Source of the DNA: Tetramitus jugosus
Taxonomy: Eukaryota > Protista > Heterolobosea
Reading direction: 5' to 3'
Length of the DNA: 64,000 bases
NCBI GenBank assembly: GCA_937625935.1
Contig: OW569357.1
Coordinates: 372,001-436,000 of the forward strand
Position numbers and translations under genes: made by a program. The notes beneath the pieces are model-generated. The model made no database searches. It had not been told where the DNA came from and saw nothing but the letters and a program-made list of their open reading frames with translations. This document shows, piece by piece, positions 46,360-59,442 of the stretch (position 1 is its first letter; every line of letters begins with the position of its first letter).

Positions 46360-47406
46360 ATGGACCATCTATCCAAGACACTCCCACCAGTAGTGCAAGA
46401 AGTCATTGACATGCATTTCTGGGCTGTCATCTCCATCGTTGCCTTGCTCCTCTCGGCAATCATAATCTCAAAGTGCGTTCGTGTGATCAGTGAAGGACAA
46501 TGTACTCTCGTCGAAAGATTTGGAAAGTATGATAGGACTTTGGATCCTGGTGTTCATCTCATTTTGCCACTCGTTGAGCGCTGTAAGACTGTGCACTGGG
46601 TTAGAACTGTAGAAGACACCTTTCAGAAAGTCACACGACAAGAAACCATCCATACTCATTTGATTAGCAAACAAGAAATGCTATACGATTTCCCTGCCAT
46701 CAATGTTGTGACAAAGGATCGATTGATTGTTGAGATTAATGGACTCTTGTTCTTCCGTATCATTGATCCAGTAAAGGCTGTGTATACTGTTACTGACCTG
46801 TATCAAGCAGTTGAGCAGTTGTGTAATACATATATTCGAGATATCATTTCCCAGATGCCATTAGAGGAGACAATGGAGGGAAAGGTGGCAATTCAAAATG
46901 GAATGATGAACGAATTCCAAGCTGTGAGCAAGTCCTGGGGAATCATTATTACTCGATTCGACATCCAGAGTATTTTGCCCAGTAAGGATATTCTCAAGAG
47001 TATTGAGCGGTTAGCCACAGCTCAACGAGAGGCACAAGCCAAACTGGAGGCAAATATCACACAGACAAAGATTGATGTACAGAAGGTCGAGACTCAGGCC
47101 CTGTTGAAGAAGAAGACAGCAGATGCTGAGTCATATGTCATGAGACAACAAGCAGAGACTGTTGCCTTTGAGATATCGAGCAGGGCAGAAGCAGAGCGAA
47201 CTCGAATCGAAAACTTGTTGAAGATTGAAGGAATCGATCAGCAATACCTCGTACAGCTAGAGTACAGCAAAGCATGGCAATCCATCACACAAATGAAGGA
47301 ACAGAACACAATTATCATCCCAATGGAATCTGCCAAGTTCTTTGGCTCTTCCGAGTTGGGCTCTCTCAGACAAAGAAGAGAACAACAAACCAAACACAGT
47401 ACATAA
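46360..47406 (+). CDS. SPFH/Band 7 stomatin-like membrane protein
   Basis: True start MDHLSK at 46360; TM helix, then LVERFGKYDRTLDPGVHLILP, VVTKD, FFRIIDPVKAVY, WGIIITRFDI and a coiled coil. Confidence 0.9.
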   Translation: MDHLSKTLPPVVQEVIDMHFWAVISIVALLLSAIIISKCVRVISEGQCTLVERFGKYDRTLDPGVHLILPLVERCKTVHWVRTVEDTFQKVTRQETIHTHLISKQEMLYDFPAINVVTKDRLIVEINGLLFFRIIDPVKAVYTVTDLYQAVEQLCNTYIRDIISQMPLEETMEGKVAIQNGMMNEFQAVSKSWGIIITRFDIQSILPSKDILKSIERLATAQREAQAKLEANITQTKIDVQKVETQALLKKKTADAESYVMRQQAETVAFEISSRAEAERTRIENLLKIEGIDQQYLVQLEYSKAWQSITQMKEQNTIIIPMESAKFFGSSELGSLRQRREQQTKHST

Positions 47407-47455
47407 AGAATAAATTGTGAAGATTGAATCAAATGTTGTAATGTTTATTCCAAAA

Positions 47456-50400
47456 TTATAAATCTAATCTACATATTGGCCTTTCGGATGCGTTGTTTCT
47501 TGCAGTCAATGGCACAGTAGCCACTTGAGCTCTCAGTTCGCCATTGTACTTGTTTGTTGGGGTGACTAAAGCATTCTTCATGTCCTCGTAAGTTAACTTT
47601 CTGATTTCTTCCATCACATTAACCTGAGAAATAGGTTTCAAGTACGATGTATCACTCTTGGACCATGTAACAGGGGCTTTCAAAGAAATACCTCTCATTA
47701 ATGGCAACCAAGAGTCAGCAATTTGTAGTGTGGAGGAGAGTTCAGAGAGAAGAGCTGATCTCTCATCAATGAACGTACGTTCTGGGAATGGAGTACGAAT
47801 TGCTCCAGCAGCTACATCTTGCGATCTGTTCATATTGATTGGATCAGTACTGTTTGCGGTTGGATAGTCACCAGTTTGCCATATTGCAAGGCGCATAGAG
47901 GCTCCTCTGATAATGTAATTATGGTACGATTTTGTGGAGGCAAAGTAACTGAATCCGTATTGAGATCTGATCACATCAAAGTAGTATGAGGCGAAGATTG
48001 CGTCTTCCAACAATGTCTTGATATAATTGTGGCCGGTTGGTGCAGAAGCAGAGTATAGAGAGGCCACATATCCACGATTAGGGTCAATACTTGGCAAATC
48101 ACAAGAGTAGATGCTATTTTCGCTTGGGAATGAAGTGGAGAATGCGTTGTCATCAGCTGAGTCATACACGTCATATCCGATCTTGTATTTGGCACCTTCT
48201 GGATTCTTTGGAATTGAGCCAATCCATCTATCAAGATCCTCCATCAAAATAGAGTTGTCCAACTCTCCAATGACATTGATCTCGATTCTGTCAGGGCGGA
48301 ATTGACCACTCACCCAGTATTGAACAGCAAGAGGATGCAACTTGGCAATGTCATCTGCTGTGACAGATACGAATCGGCTATCATGAGCAAACGCCTTGTT
48401 GACTACATTAGGCATAGCAGATGCTTGCAGATAGGACAAAGGTTCGTTGATAGTGGTAGCCAATCTCTCTTGTTCGTGATAGTATTCGACAATCTTGTCA
48501 ACATTGTCATTGCTATAGATTGGATTCATCCAGAGCAATGCTGACTCTACAGCATCAGTAAAGTTAAATGTGTCAAGGTTACACATGCTTGAGCTGACGC
48601 AAGCACCATGCAATGGCATATCAATAACAAGGAAATCTCTCTCACATGTCAAGTCACCATTGGCTCCCTTGAATAGGTACTCTTCGCCCTCGGAGTAGTA
48701 TCTGAAGCCGACAGGAGGCGCCAAATTGACAAACTCACAGGCTCCCTTCAACTCTGGGGACAATGTGGATTTGCCACCTAAGGCGACAATCTGCATTCTG
48801 GAGTATCCCTTAGGAGATGCAGTATTGTCATCATTTGCTTTAATGTTGACTCGAATTCCGTTTCGAAGTTCAAAGACACGCAAACCAATCTTAGGTTCAG
48901 AATCAACGAGCTTAGGAATAAATGTGTGCTTTGGTTGTCTAGGTTCGATCGGGGAGAAGGAAGCGGAAACAATTCCTTCTAATCCACTGAATCCACCGAG
49001 ACCGCTCAAGATGCTGCTTCCTGCCTTACCGTTCTTAAATACGGTGCTCAATTGTTTTTTGATATCATCTTCGGTAATTGGCTCAATATCGAATGGAGCT
49101 TCATTTCTTCCGACGAAAATGTTCATGGATGCAGGTGGAGAATCAATAATGTGAGGGAATGGCTTTTCAACGGTCTCACCCTCATGCACCAACTCAAAGA
49201 GAGTATTGTACACAAGTTGTGCCTGAGCTTGGATGTGGGACACGTGTGTCTTTCCAAATCCTAATCCACTGAATTGGCTGTACATTTCATTTCGTTCGGT
49301 AGCAAAATTGAACAAATGGTTTGGATCTTCATCACCCAACAAGTCGACAATGAGACCAGTGGAGTCGGATGGAGTGCCTGGCATCAAGTATGGTACGAGG
49401 AAGGAAAGAGCCATGACTGTGGTCAGTGATGGTCCCTTTTTTGCCAAGCCATAGAGTTCCTCAACAGCAATAGACAAATCCTTTCTCCAGGTTCCAGAGT
49501 TTGGTCTTGGTCCAGGGGTGAGCGTGGCAAACACAGTCAAATAAGCATCGAATGCATATTGATTCATCGAGACAATACCTGCGTTTCTAGTCTCAAAATC
49601 AGAGACAGTGGAAGCAGGATACTCTGACAAAAGTCTAGAGATCACTTGAATCGTGTATGACAATGTAAACAAATAATCACCAAACTCTCTTCTATAGTAG
49701 TTTACATCTCTTGGATGACCGACATAAGGCTGACTCATAAACATGTTGAAGTTAATGCCATTGACGCCATCGACCTCTGTCAATAGGAACTTTTCCTTTG
49801 GAGTTGCAGTACCCACCTCGATATTCTTGCTTACTTCAGATGACTGACCAGGCAATAACTGCTTTGGACCCCAGAATTCCTCCACAGACTTCTTCACCAA
49901 ATCTTCGTCCACATCTCCCACGAAATACAATGTCATCTTGTCCAATCTGTACCATTTAGTATAGTAATTGTTCAAGTGTTCTGTGGTCCAGGACTTAATA
50001 ATCGGTTGTGTACCAATAGGGAATCGTTGACCGACTCTCCATGTGTCACCACCATGATTGGCCAACATTTTTTCCAGTGCAATCGAAGCAGAACTGTTCC
50101 TCATTCTTGCCTCACCCAACACAGCACCCTTCTCAATCTGTAAATACTCATCCACGAATTTAGCATCCTGCACTTGACTATAGAAAATGTTCATAATTTT
50201 CTTGATGTTGGAGGACAGAATGTTCGCATCGGTCGAATCACCCTTCTTTCCATCATTGATCACATCAAGAAACATGTACACTGTGCTTCTAAAGGAGGTA
50301 TAGGCGTTGAAGCTTGCAATTCCACCTTGAGAGATTTGTCTCCATGTGCCTCCTCTGCCAGGAAACTGTTTAGAGTTATCAAATGCCATGTGTTCCACCA

Positions 50401-50982
50401 TGTGACTCAATCCTCTCTCAACATCGAGCTCATTGGTCGATCCAGTGTTCACATGGAGAAAAGTGGAGAATTTTCCTTGTTTTTGATCATTCTTGACAAT
50501 GGCATATTTCAGTCCGTTACTCAACGTGGAGTGAACCACTCTTGGTGAATGAGTCTCCTTGAGTGAATAATTGGCAGAGTATGGTGAATAGAACAAGAGT
50601 GTCATGACCAACACAACAATAAACAAGATGCAACCCATGGGAGCAATGCAACAACATGAAATGACTGTCGATATCACATTCACAACAACAAACAACAACA
50701 ACAATAGGTGAGTCATGAAAAGCTTTCACATGAAGAAGAAGAAGAAAAAAATCAACAAACAGCAGCATCGACGAAAAAAAGAGTCAACGTACGGAATGTA
50801 ACGACAGATCTCGAGAGAACGGCCTTTGGATTCGCTTGTGGTTCTCTATAGTTGTTCACACGGAAATTGCGAGGTACTGGAGCTGCTCTCAATCTGGAAG
50901 CATCCATTTCAGAGGATGTATTTTCGTCTTCATGATCTCTCATTTCGATGTCATCATCGTCTTGACGTTGCACGTATGACAT
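47456..50982 (-). CDS. M16 zinc metallopeptidase (SPP/PqqL-like) with N-terminal signal anchor; intron 50665-50792
   Basis: LSNGLKY, VNTGSTNE..GLSHMVEHMAF (HxxEH), NAYTS, EKGAVLGE, RFPIG, YYTKWY..MTLYFVGDV; exon 1 (50982-50793) splices in phase onto the TM segment. Confidence 0.88.
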
Positions 50983-51869
50983 GTCGTTCGTCGTAGTATC
51001 AACAAATCAAAGAAAGCTTTTTTGTGTGTTTGTGTGATCTGTTTTTTTTGTTGTGGAACTTCGCACAACGTTTTGCGCATGATCACAAGGGAACTTGTTG
51101 TTGGCCGACTTTTTTGTGAGAGAGGAGTTGAATATTGGCCATTATTCTCACTTGGAATTTTACAGACATAGAGATGAACATTGCTTGCGAGAGGAGTTTC
51201 AAGGTGCAATCGGTCTATTTGGTGATTTGAGGGCGTCATTATGTGAACCATAGTAGTTTTATAGTATTTAGCTCTCTATCAAGCACGATGAACATGAAGT
51301 AAATTGGCGAGGTGATATCAATGACATATCGAACACTTGGGCTATTCAATTAGCGAATTTTCAACCTGAATTAGGATTGTATTCAGGAGACCAAAGTGTC
51401 GTTTGCATCGAGAACGGGATATTGCACGAAAGTCCTATGCCATTATTTCCTGCTCTGCTTGTTTCCATTATCATAGAGATGGCTACACTCTCTCGTGGAC
51501 AAGGAAGACTTATCAGTGGAGAGAAATTCTCTCACAGTCCGATTACACCCTTTCTGTTTTTATCTGAGAGCAAGGAAAGAGAAGAGTCACCGTCAAGTAA
51601 GCACCGAGGTTGTATCATCTTGCCACAGCTTTAAACGTTGTGTCTACGATAATCTTCCGTCCTTCTTCCATTCTTGAAGTGCAGAATACAAGTTCGTTCA
51701 ATTTATGAACTACAAACAACTGTTGCTTCAAGCTCCACTTTGATCTCACAAAATGCGAGAAGCGAAAAAATCGCTCAAGCGATCAAGCAACAAAAAAAAA
51801 GCACACCTACACCCACAACTATCAACTCAATCCACTCACTCTACCAACCCTGTTCTACTGTGAATTACA

Positions 51870-54800
51870 ATGGGAAAAGATAAGGATATCAAAGAAAGAC
51901 GTAAGAAAAATGTCAAAGGACCTTCAAGCAGTGCAGCAGCAGCTGAATTTGCAACAAAAGGTGGATTCAGTGATGCTTTTGCAAGATTTAAAGCAGGAGG
52001 AATCGTATCACAAGAGTTACTGACTGGATCATCGAGTACTATGAACAATGACACTCCTGTTCTCGCCAGTTTTGATGCTGTATGCGTCTCTTTGTTTATT
52101 TGTTTGCTGTTGTTAACACGTGATTATTGATTGATTTTAACTTGTTGATTGTTGATTGTTGTTGTTGTTGTTCATTCTCCATAAAAAAAAACAATTTCAA
52201 TTTGCAGATTAGCGATCCAACACTGAGAACCAACTTTAAGCATTTGAACAAGAAGGATTCCACAACAAGAATCAAGGCATTGACTCATATTGCTGCCAAT
52301 ATTAAAGATAAGCCTCAGAATGAAATTGTTCAAGCTTTGCCTGAATGGATTGTTACACTCAAGAAGTTGGTGTTGGATAATACGAGGAGAGTCAGAGAAC
52401 AAGCATTCATGTAAGTTGTGTGTTTTTGTGACGCTTCTTTTTGAGTTGTGTTGATGAACAATCAGCGGATCACTAACTGAACCATTTGTGTTCATTCTCA
52501 GTGTGTTTCAATTGATTGTTGATATTGCCAAGAAGGATCTAGGTCCATATTTGAGATCCATTATGGGCATTTGGTTGATTTCGATGCATGACCATGACAG
52601 AGAAGTCGCAAGAGCTGCACAGGACGCGTTCAACACTGCGTTTTCAACTGTAGAAAAAAGAGAGAGGGCACTCCAGTTTTGCGAACAGGAAATTATGGAT
52701 CAATTGATCAACAATTTCCAATTGACAGTTCAAACGTTATCTGACTCGAAATCAGCATCTCAGAGTGAAGCAGAGGAACGGTATAATAGATATATGAGTT
52801 CATCCATTGATGCTCTGGCTTATTTGATTCGCAATGGAAAGACACAAAACGAAAAGTGTCAACAAATTTGTTCAAACAAGAACTTTTGGAAGTTTTTAAC
52901 GATTAAGAACTTTGGAGACATTAGAGCCTCCACATTTAAGTTAGTGGCTACTGTTAGTACTGTTTCTCCTGGATTGATTGAGCCTATTTTAGATTCAGTG
53001 AGTCCTCTCGTGCTTGGTTGTTTCAATGAGGTGGATCCTGTGGTGCATGAGGCCATGATTGAAAGTTTAATTTCGTTCATGAAACAGTTTCCAAATGCTT
53101 GGAGTTACGTAAAACCTTGGAAAGCGATATTTCCACGTTTGTGGACATTCTTGAAGAATCCAGAGAACAGTTCTCCATCGAAAACATTCCAAACATTGCT
53201 GCCATTTGTGTCTTTGCTTAGTTATGATGTGATTGGTGCATCCAATGAGACCTCATTCAAATTCTTTGACCAGTTCCTGACGAACATGTGGACAGGTTAT
53301 CTCTCTGACAGAGTTCAAGCGACCGAGAGACAAATTATTTTTAATACCTTTACGGAAGTTTGCATGTTTGGTCTTTTGCAAGCTAAAAGATATATTGTCG
53401 CAAGTGATGAGAACAGTTTGAACGACGCAATCTATTTATTTATTTCCAATACGTTTAAGAATCACTTCGAGAAGGCTATCAAGTACTATTTAGTATCGAA
53501 GGAGGTTCCTCGAGAGGAGCAAGCATGTCGATCTATCAGTGTCGCATTGCACAAGTTTATGGACAGAGAACAAATGAATACGGTCATTCAACAGTTCTGG
53601 AGTAGTATGATTCCGTTTAGTGTGTCTGCTTTAGAACATGCTGATCAACAGGAACTGTTTAGTGTCAGACTATATCAGTTGTTGAAAAATTTGCGCGACT
53701 TTGATGATGAAGTAGTTCTCAATACGAAATCGTATCTGTCGTTTGCATGTGACCTATTCCACATTTGTTTGGATAAAACTCTCGAGTCAAACTCTGCTGT
53801 ACATTTATTAACAGCATTCCGAATTTCAGATGCGGTACCTTTGCAAAAGATTTTATCATCTGACGAGATTCAATTCTATCATCATTATCTTGTAGAGCTC
53901 TTTGGAAGATACTTGGCAAACAGTGCCATGTATGTGAATCAAATCAATTCCTTGTATGGCGTTCTGGGTCATTACTTTAATGCGTATCCAGTTCATTTCA
54001 AGTCATTCGATGTCATTATCGATCAACTAGTTGAGCGACCTCATTTATTGAACACATTGGTGCAAGCGATTTATACAGCACAATCAGGTCAACATGAAAA
54101 GTTGAGAAATGCCAAGCTTGATGATACTGTGGTCAATTTTGCTCACAAGCTCAAGAACTATTTTACGCAACAAAATAGTGAAACATACTTTTATGTGTAT
54201 TTGGATTTGATCGAATACCTCACTGTGGATCAACAAGTCGCCTCACAATCAACGGTCCAATCAATTTTGACTGATATCGATGGAGTGTTAGCCTTGTTCA
54301 ATGCACAATCGCCTGACGAGCAGCGTTTCTTTGATGACTATGTGATTAAGATTGTTAAGTATCTTCAATTGATATTGCCTCTTCAGACGAATGTCCAGGA
54401 TAGATGCGTAATGAATTTACTGGAGAAGGTGTTTGAATTGAGGACATATAGCAGAACTCCAGTCTCCTACATTTCAGATATGTTCTACTCAACTTGTAAG
54501 CTCATTGGTCCTGCAAGCTCTGGCTCAGAAACTGTCGAAGAAAATATTGTGTACACTAGTCAGCCTGATCACTTCCCATTCTTTGACTCAGTTCAAAGTG
54601 AGGAATCAGAACATCATGAGGCAGATCTCCAAGAATCATCTCAACCTGATGAAGCACACGAGAACAATGAAGAGGATGAGGAAGAAGAGGAACATAATAA
54701 CGACACAGGAAACACAGATACTGACAGTAGCAGAATATCTGATATTGCGACAGAAGTTTGGGATTCAATCTATGCCGTCTGTATCACCAAAGATAATGCA

Positions 54801-57668
54801 AAACAATTTGTTTCAGAGGCAGTAGCTCACATCAAGGAAGATATCACAAACTCAACCAAGCTAACTGTGACTCACTCTCAACTGCTGCGACAGTGTGATA
54901 CACTTGAAACTATTGCTTCTGACATTGGTGGTTTGCCTTCGTCTGAAGTATGGGATCACTTGACATTCAATCGTTCGATTTGGACTGAATTAAGAAATGC
55001 TTGCGAGCAAATTTTGCAACAAATTGCCATCGGTAATGATGTGTTTTTAGTACCATTCACTGGAGAGAATGACTCATCGAGAGTGGTCGATAACATTCAA
55101 CTCTATGGACGCTTTTTGCAATTTGCACTGAACAAGTTGCTCACATTCTCGAATCTCTTCTCATACAGTGATTTATCGACTCAATCTGACATCTGGTTGG
55201 CAACAGAGATCTTACATAGCTCACAAACTCAATTAGCAGTATCTGAAAGCACTTCATCTCTGATTCGGTCTTTTATATCAAACAAACTGCTGCCATCGCT
55301 GCTGTTGTTCAGTGATGTCAAATCCAGTTTGGGGCAAGAATTTATTGACCGATTCATTGAAGTTTGTAAGTACTTGTTAGCACTTGCTGCTGGCAATCAC
55401 AGCTACTACAAGGACTTGCGAGCATTTATCATGAGTACATTGACCTATTTGCATCAGGACTCAATCGAAAATGAGAGTGGAAGAGCTGTTGGAGCGCTAA
55501 GGGGTCTGTTCCAAGCTATTTGCGATCGTCTCTTATTCAACAATTCATTGGAAGAGTTGTTACGATCTCATACACAATGCCAAGAATTCTCTCAAATTAT
55601 CGAGTCATTATTTAGTGCATACCTTGACGCTGATACTCTTGACTTTGTTGTAGTCAAATTGAGAACTGAACTCAATCAAGGCAAGGAAAATGATCTGCAT
55701 GACAAAACAATCACATGGATCTCACAATGTGCAAGTATTTTGATGCAACACACGCAAGAAATTGGTGCCAATAGCTTTGATGTGCAGAGTAAGAAGGATG
55801 AATTGATGAATCTGCTTCGAGTTCAATCATCCCTGGCCATCTTTATCAATCACTTGAAGAACCCAGAGGAGAGCATTGTTTCTATGCACTTTGTGGTAAG
55901 TGTAACCAGTGAGTTTGCTAACACTCTGCTTGCCTCTGATATCGTGAACGATATCATGGATCTAGTTGATTTGATTGTGTCTAGAATGCTCTTCTACATC
56001 TATCGTAACTCCTTGGAAGGTGGATTGGCTCTTGATGAGAACAGTGACGAGTTCCTAGTGTCCTTTGTTGAACAACACATGACGCGATGTATCAGCTTGT
56101 TGGACTCTGGTGCCTTCTCATATGACGATATTTCAAGAATGATCGAAACTCTGTACTACATGGTCGAGTTGTCTGTTTCGTTTGTTCAAACACGATTGAG
56201 CGGTGGAAACCAAGAAACAGTCAGAAGAGTGTATACTCAACTTCTCAACTCTATGAATGCACTTGCAGGCTTCCAAATATTGCTTGATTCTGACTTGCGT
56301 TATAGAAGACTCAGAATCTTCCATCAAGTGAATGATCGACTCATGAGTGATATTGCCATTTCGATTCGTACCATTCCTGGGGATATTTTCACTGCTATTG
56401 ATAAGAGCTATGAGGGTAATCTCAAATTCAGTGTTTCATTGCTCAACATTTTGAGAACCTCCACGAGCATTCATGCTTTGATCACTGCTCATGACTTGTT
56501 GCGCAAACATCAAGATACATCGTACTTTGTTGTTGAATGCACGAAAGAGAGCTCGAATAATACTGATCTATCAAAGGTAATTGGCGAAAATGAAAACAAG
56601 CTGGTTTTGCTTCCAGCCCTTGTCGAACTACTGAGAAGACCACACAAGGAAGTGAAATTATCTCCAATTTATGAGCACCTGAAGTGGAACAACATGCACT
56701 CTTTCACCGAAAGAAACGAACGTCTCAATCTGCACTACAGAATGCTACCTTATTTCCTAGCTTGGTCCATTGCCGCTCACTTGTACGAACAGGGCAACGA
56801 TGATCAAAAGGCAATCATTTTCTCCACACTCAAAGATAATCTCTCGTACATTACAGTGCTTAATGCCATCACCAGTTATATTCTAACTGGAGCCAAAACA
56901 AATCCATTTGGTCTTACAATGCACGAGATTCTCCACGAGAAAGATCTTACGAGTACAGACACGACTGTGGTAATATCCAAAGCCCCTAAGTCAACAAGAT
57001 CGATGGCTGATGTTGTTGATCATGAATCAATCACACTCCTGGGAGCTCAAGTATTCTTCAGACTCATGAGAACATATCCTTCATTGATTCGTTTGTGGTA
57101 CATTAACTGTCTCGGATCAAAGGTCGTCAAACACGTAACGACATTTGTCACTACCAAGGTTTGTCCAATTGTCATTGATCACGAGTTGGATGAAATATTG
57201 AGCAACACAAGGACTTCAATGCCGGATCATGTCAAGGTCAAGGTTACCAAGGGAAGAAATCAAATTGTGGCCACCTATGAACAAGATGAGGTTCAGCTTG
57301 ACATTACTGTGAGTATTCCTTCAGATTATCCACTGAAAGCTCTAAAGATCGAATCATCCAAGAGATTAGGTGTGAGTGAGATGCAATGGAGAAAGTGGAC
57401 TCTTAAGATGACAACTGTACTCTTCTCACATGAAGGAAAGCTTTGGGATGCACTGATGCTCTGGAAAGAAAATCTTGACAGACACTTTGAAGGCGTTGAA
57501 GCTTGTCCTATCTGCTACAGTATTGTTCACACCCACGATCATGCACTACCAAAGATTAGATGTAAGGTGTGCCGCTCCAAGTACCACGCTGCATGTCTCT
57601 ACAAATGGTTCACCACTTCCGGACAGTCCAGTTGTCCAACCTGTCGATCAACGAATTCATTCTTATAA
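51870..57668 (+). CDS. LTN1: Listerin E3 ubiquitin ligase (ribosome quality control); introns 52080-52207 and 52411-52501
   Basis: N-terminal KGPSSSAAAA and KHLNKKDSTTRIKAL..RRVRE; C-terminal RWD-like domain (PSDYPL) and RING FEGVEACPICY..CKVCRSKYHAACLYKWFTTSGQSSCPTCR. Confidence 0.95.
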
Positions 57669-57702
57669 GTTGGTAAATAATATTATGAGTCAAAGTATCC
57701 TG

Positions 57703-58510
57703 TTACTTTTTTATTGTGACAGCTTGGCAACCAAGTTGATTCCATCTCTTCTCAACCAGAGATCGATTGTAATATTCCTGTTTTCCTGTGTGAGGGTCAT
57801 TGATGATCACATGTTCATCATCAAAGCCAACCATCAACGCGCAATGCTCTGGTGATTGCCAGGTTACTAATGTGCTTGGATCTTGGATATCTGGCCATTC
57901 ATCAGTCACTCGAGGCTCTCTTAACTCTAGTGTAATCCATACAATGACAGGAGCGTTTGTGTCCTTCATGATTTGCAAGACTTCATTGAACGAATACTGA
58001 CCTGATATGTCCAGTGCCTTATTCGGCAGATGAGTGGCCAATGATTGTGCGATACTTTAGTAGAATGAATAGAGATTAGTTGAAATTAAGTAAAAGGTAC
58101 AACATTGAGATAAACTCATCAGCTGATGGTGTACTTACGGTTCATGAAACACTCCAAACGATTCCTTGTCATAAGGACTACCAACAAATGCTCTATGAGG
58201 ATTACCACCTGCCTTTCTGCGACAAATTTCACTTGTATTCGAAAGTTCAGCTCCATTGTCTTCGACAAGAGCATTTGGCTCCTTGATCAATGAATCAGCC
58301 ACTTGTTCCTTTGTCAATTGTAAACCAGACCATTGAAGTAACATCCTGAGAAAAAATATTGTTACAAAACGATGAAAACAAAAAATCAACATTACATTTT
58401 TTGAATTCTTACGTGAGAGAAGTTGCCTCACATCCTGTGGGCAATACAGGATACTGGTAAATGATTGGTACGTCCGGAGACACCAAGAACAGAGAACTAT
58501 CGCTCGACAT
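57703..58510 (-). CDS. Peptidase C39-like (C39_2/YvpB-type) protein; introns 58346-58412 and 58055-58138
   Basis: VPIIYQYPVLPTGCEATSLT|MLL, GNPHRAFVGSPY..FGVFHEP|I, PVIVWIT, EHCALMVGFD..IINDP (putative Cys-His-Asp triad). Confidence 0.88.
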
Positions 58511-58701
58511 TGTCAATTTTCTTTTTTTTCCACTTGAAGTTTCAACAACGATCCCAATTACTCCTCCTCTGGATGGATACAACACAACCATGCATACATA
58601 CACACGCAAGAGCAAAAGCTACAATACAAAAAAATAAAGACATTCATCGAACAATGAACAACTAACGACTCCTTCTTTTTCCTTTCAATAATAATATTAT
58701 T

Positions 58702-59333
58702 TTACTTTCCCTTGTAAGTGAGATCTTGTTCCATCTGAGCAACAACTTCTTCATCCTTTGTTGCAATGTCCTCTGGTCTGAACACGTTCAAACTCTTCTT
58801 GTGAGCATACACTTGCTTGTTATCACGTTCATCAATCACATAGGATGTACGATTCTCCATTCCAAATCCATAGAATGGTCCGACAGGTTCTCCCGCCAAA
58901 ACCGTAAATGGCTTTTTAATAATTTCTTGTCTAAAAATGACTTCACTGTTTGCATAGGGAGCGTCCTTGAATGTAGCATGGGTACGGTAATCACGTTGAT
59001 AGTACTTGATGTGGAAATCCTTGATAAACTCTTGACGAGGAATCATTGCATCAGGTTGAGAGCTATACACATGGAGCACAAACAATTCATCATTGGAAAA
59101 AAAAAGAAAAATGGGATGCAGCATCATTGGAGAGAGAGATGAAATATTGGTAGAGATTAGCATTTTTTTCGATCACCAATCAAAACATGTTGTGGTCTTA
59201 TTACTTACGCTGGTGATGGGTAACGATATTGGGTGTGCTTCTCTGGCAGATAATCAGCGAATTCAGGATCAAGTGCCCACCATTTTTGTGCACGTCTCGC
59301 TAATCTCTGAATAATGTTCTTGGATGAGGACAT
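58702..59333 (-). CDS. NDUFA7: Mitochondrial complex I subunit NDUFA7/B14.5a-like; intron 59063-59208
   Basis: Spliced product WWALDPEFADYLP..QYRYPSPA|SQPDAMIP..FHIKYYQRDYR matches the plant/protist B14.5a pattern (PE..P...YR..P, IxYxxRDxR). Confidence 0.65.
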
Positions 59334-59442
59334 TTTTTTGTGTTGTGATGGTTGTTGGATTTGTGTTTCGGCGCTCCAACAACAACAATAATTTTTCCTA
59401 TTTTTCCCGATTAGAAAGAGTAAAAGGCTTTTATGTGTGTAT

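Noticed and set aside
51000-51860. Short ORFs or snoRNAs in the longest intergenic spacer
   Set aside because: No recognisable protein motifs, no convincing C/D box pairs with terminal stems, no repeats.
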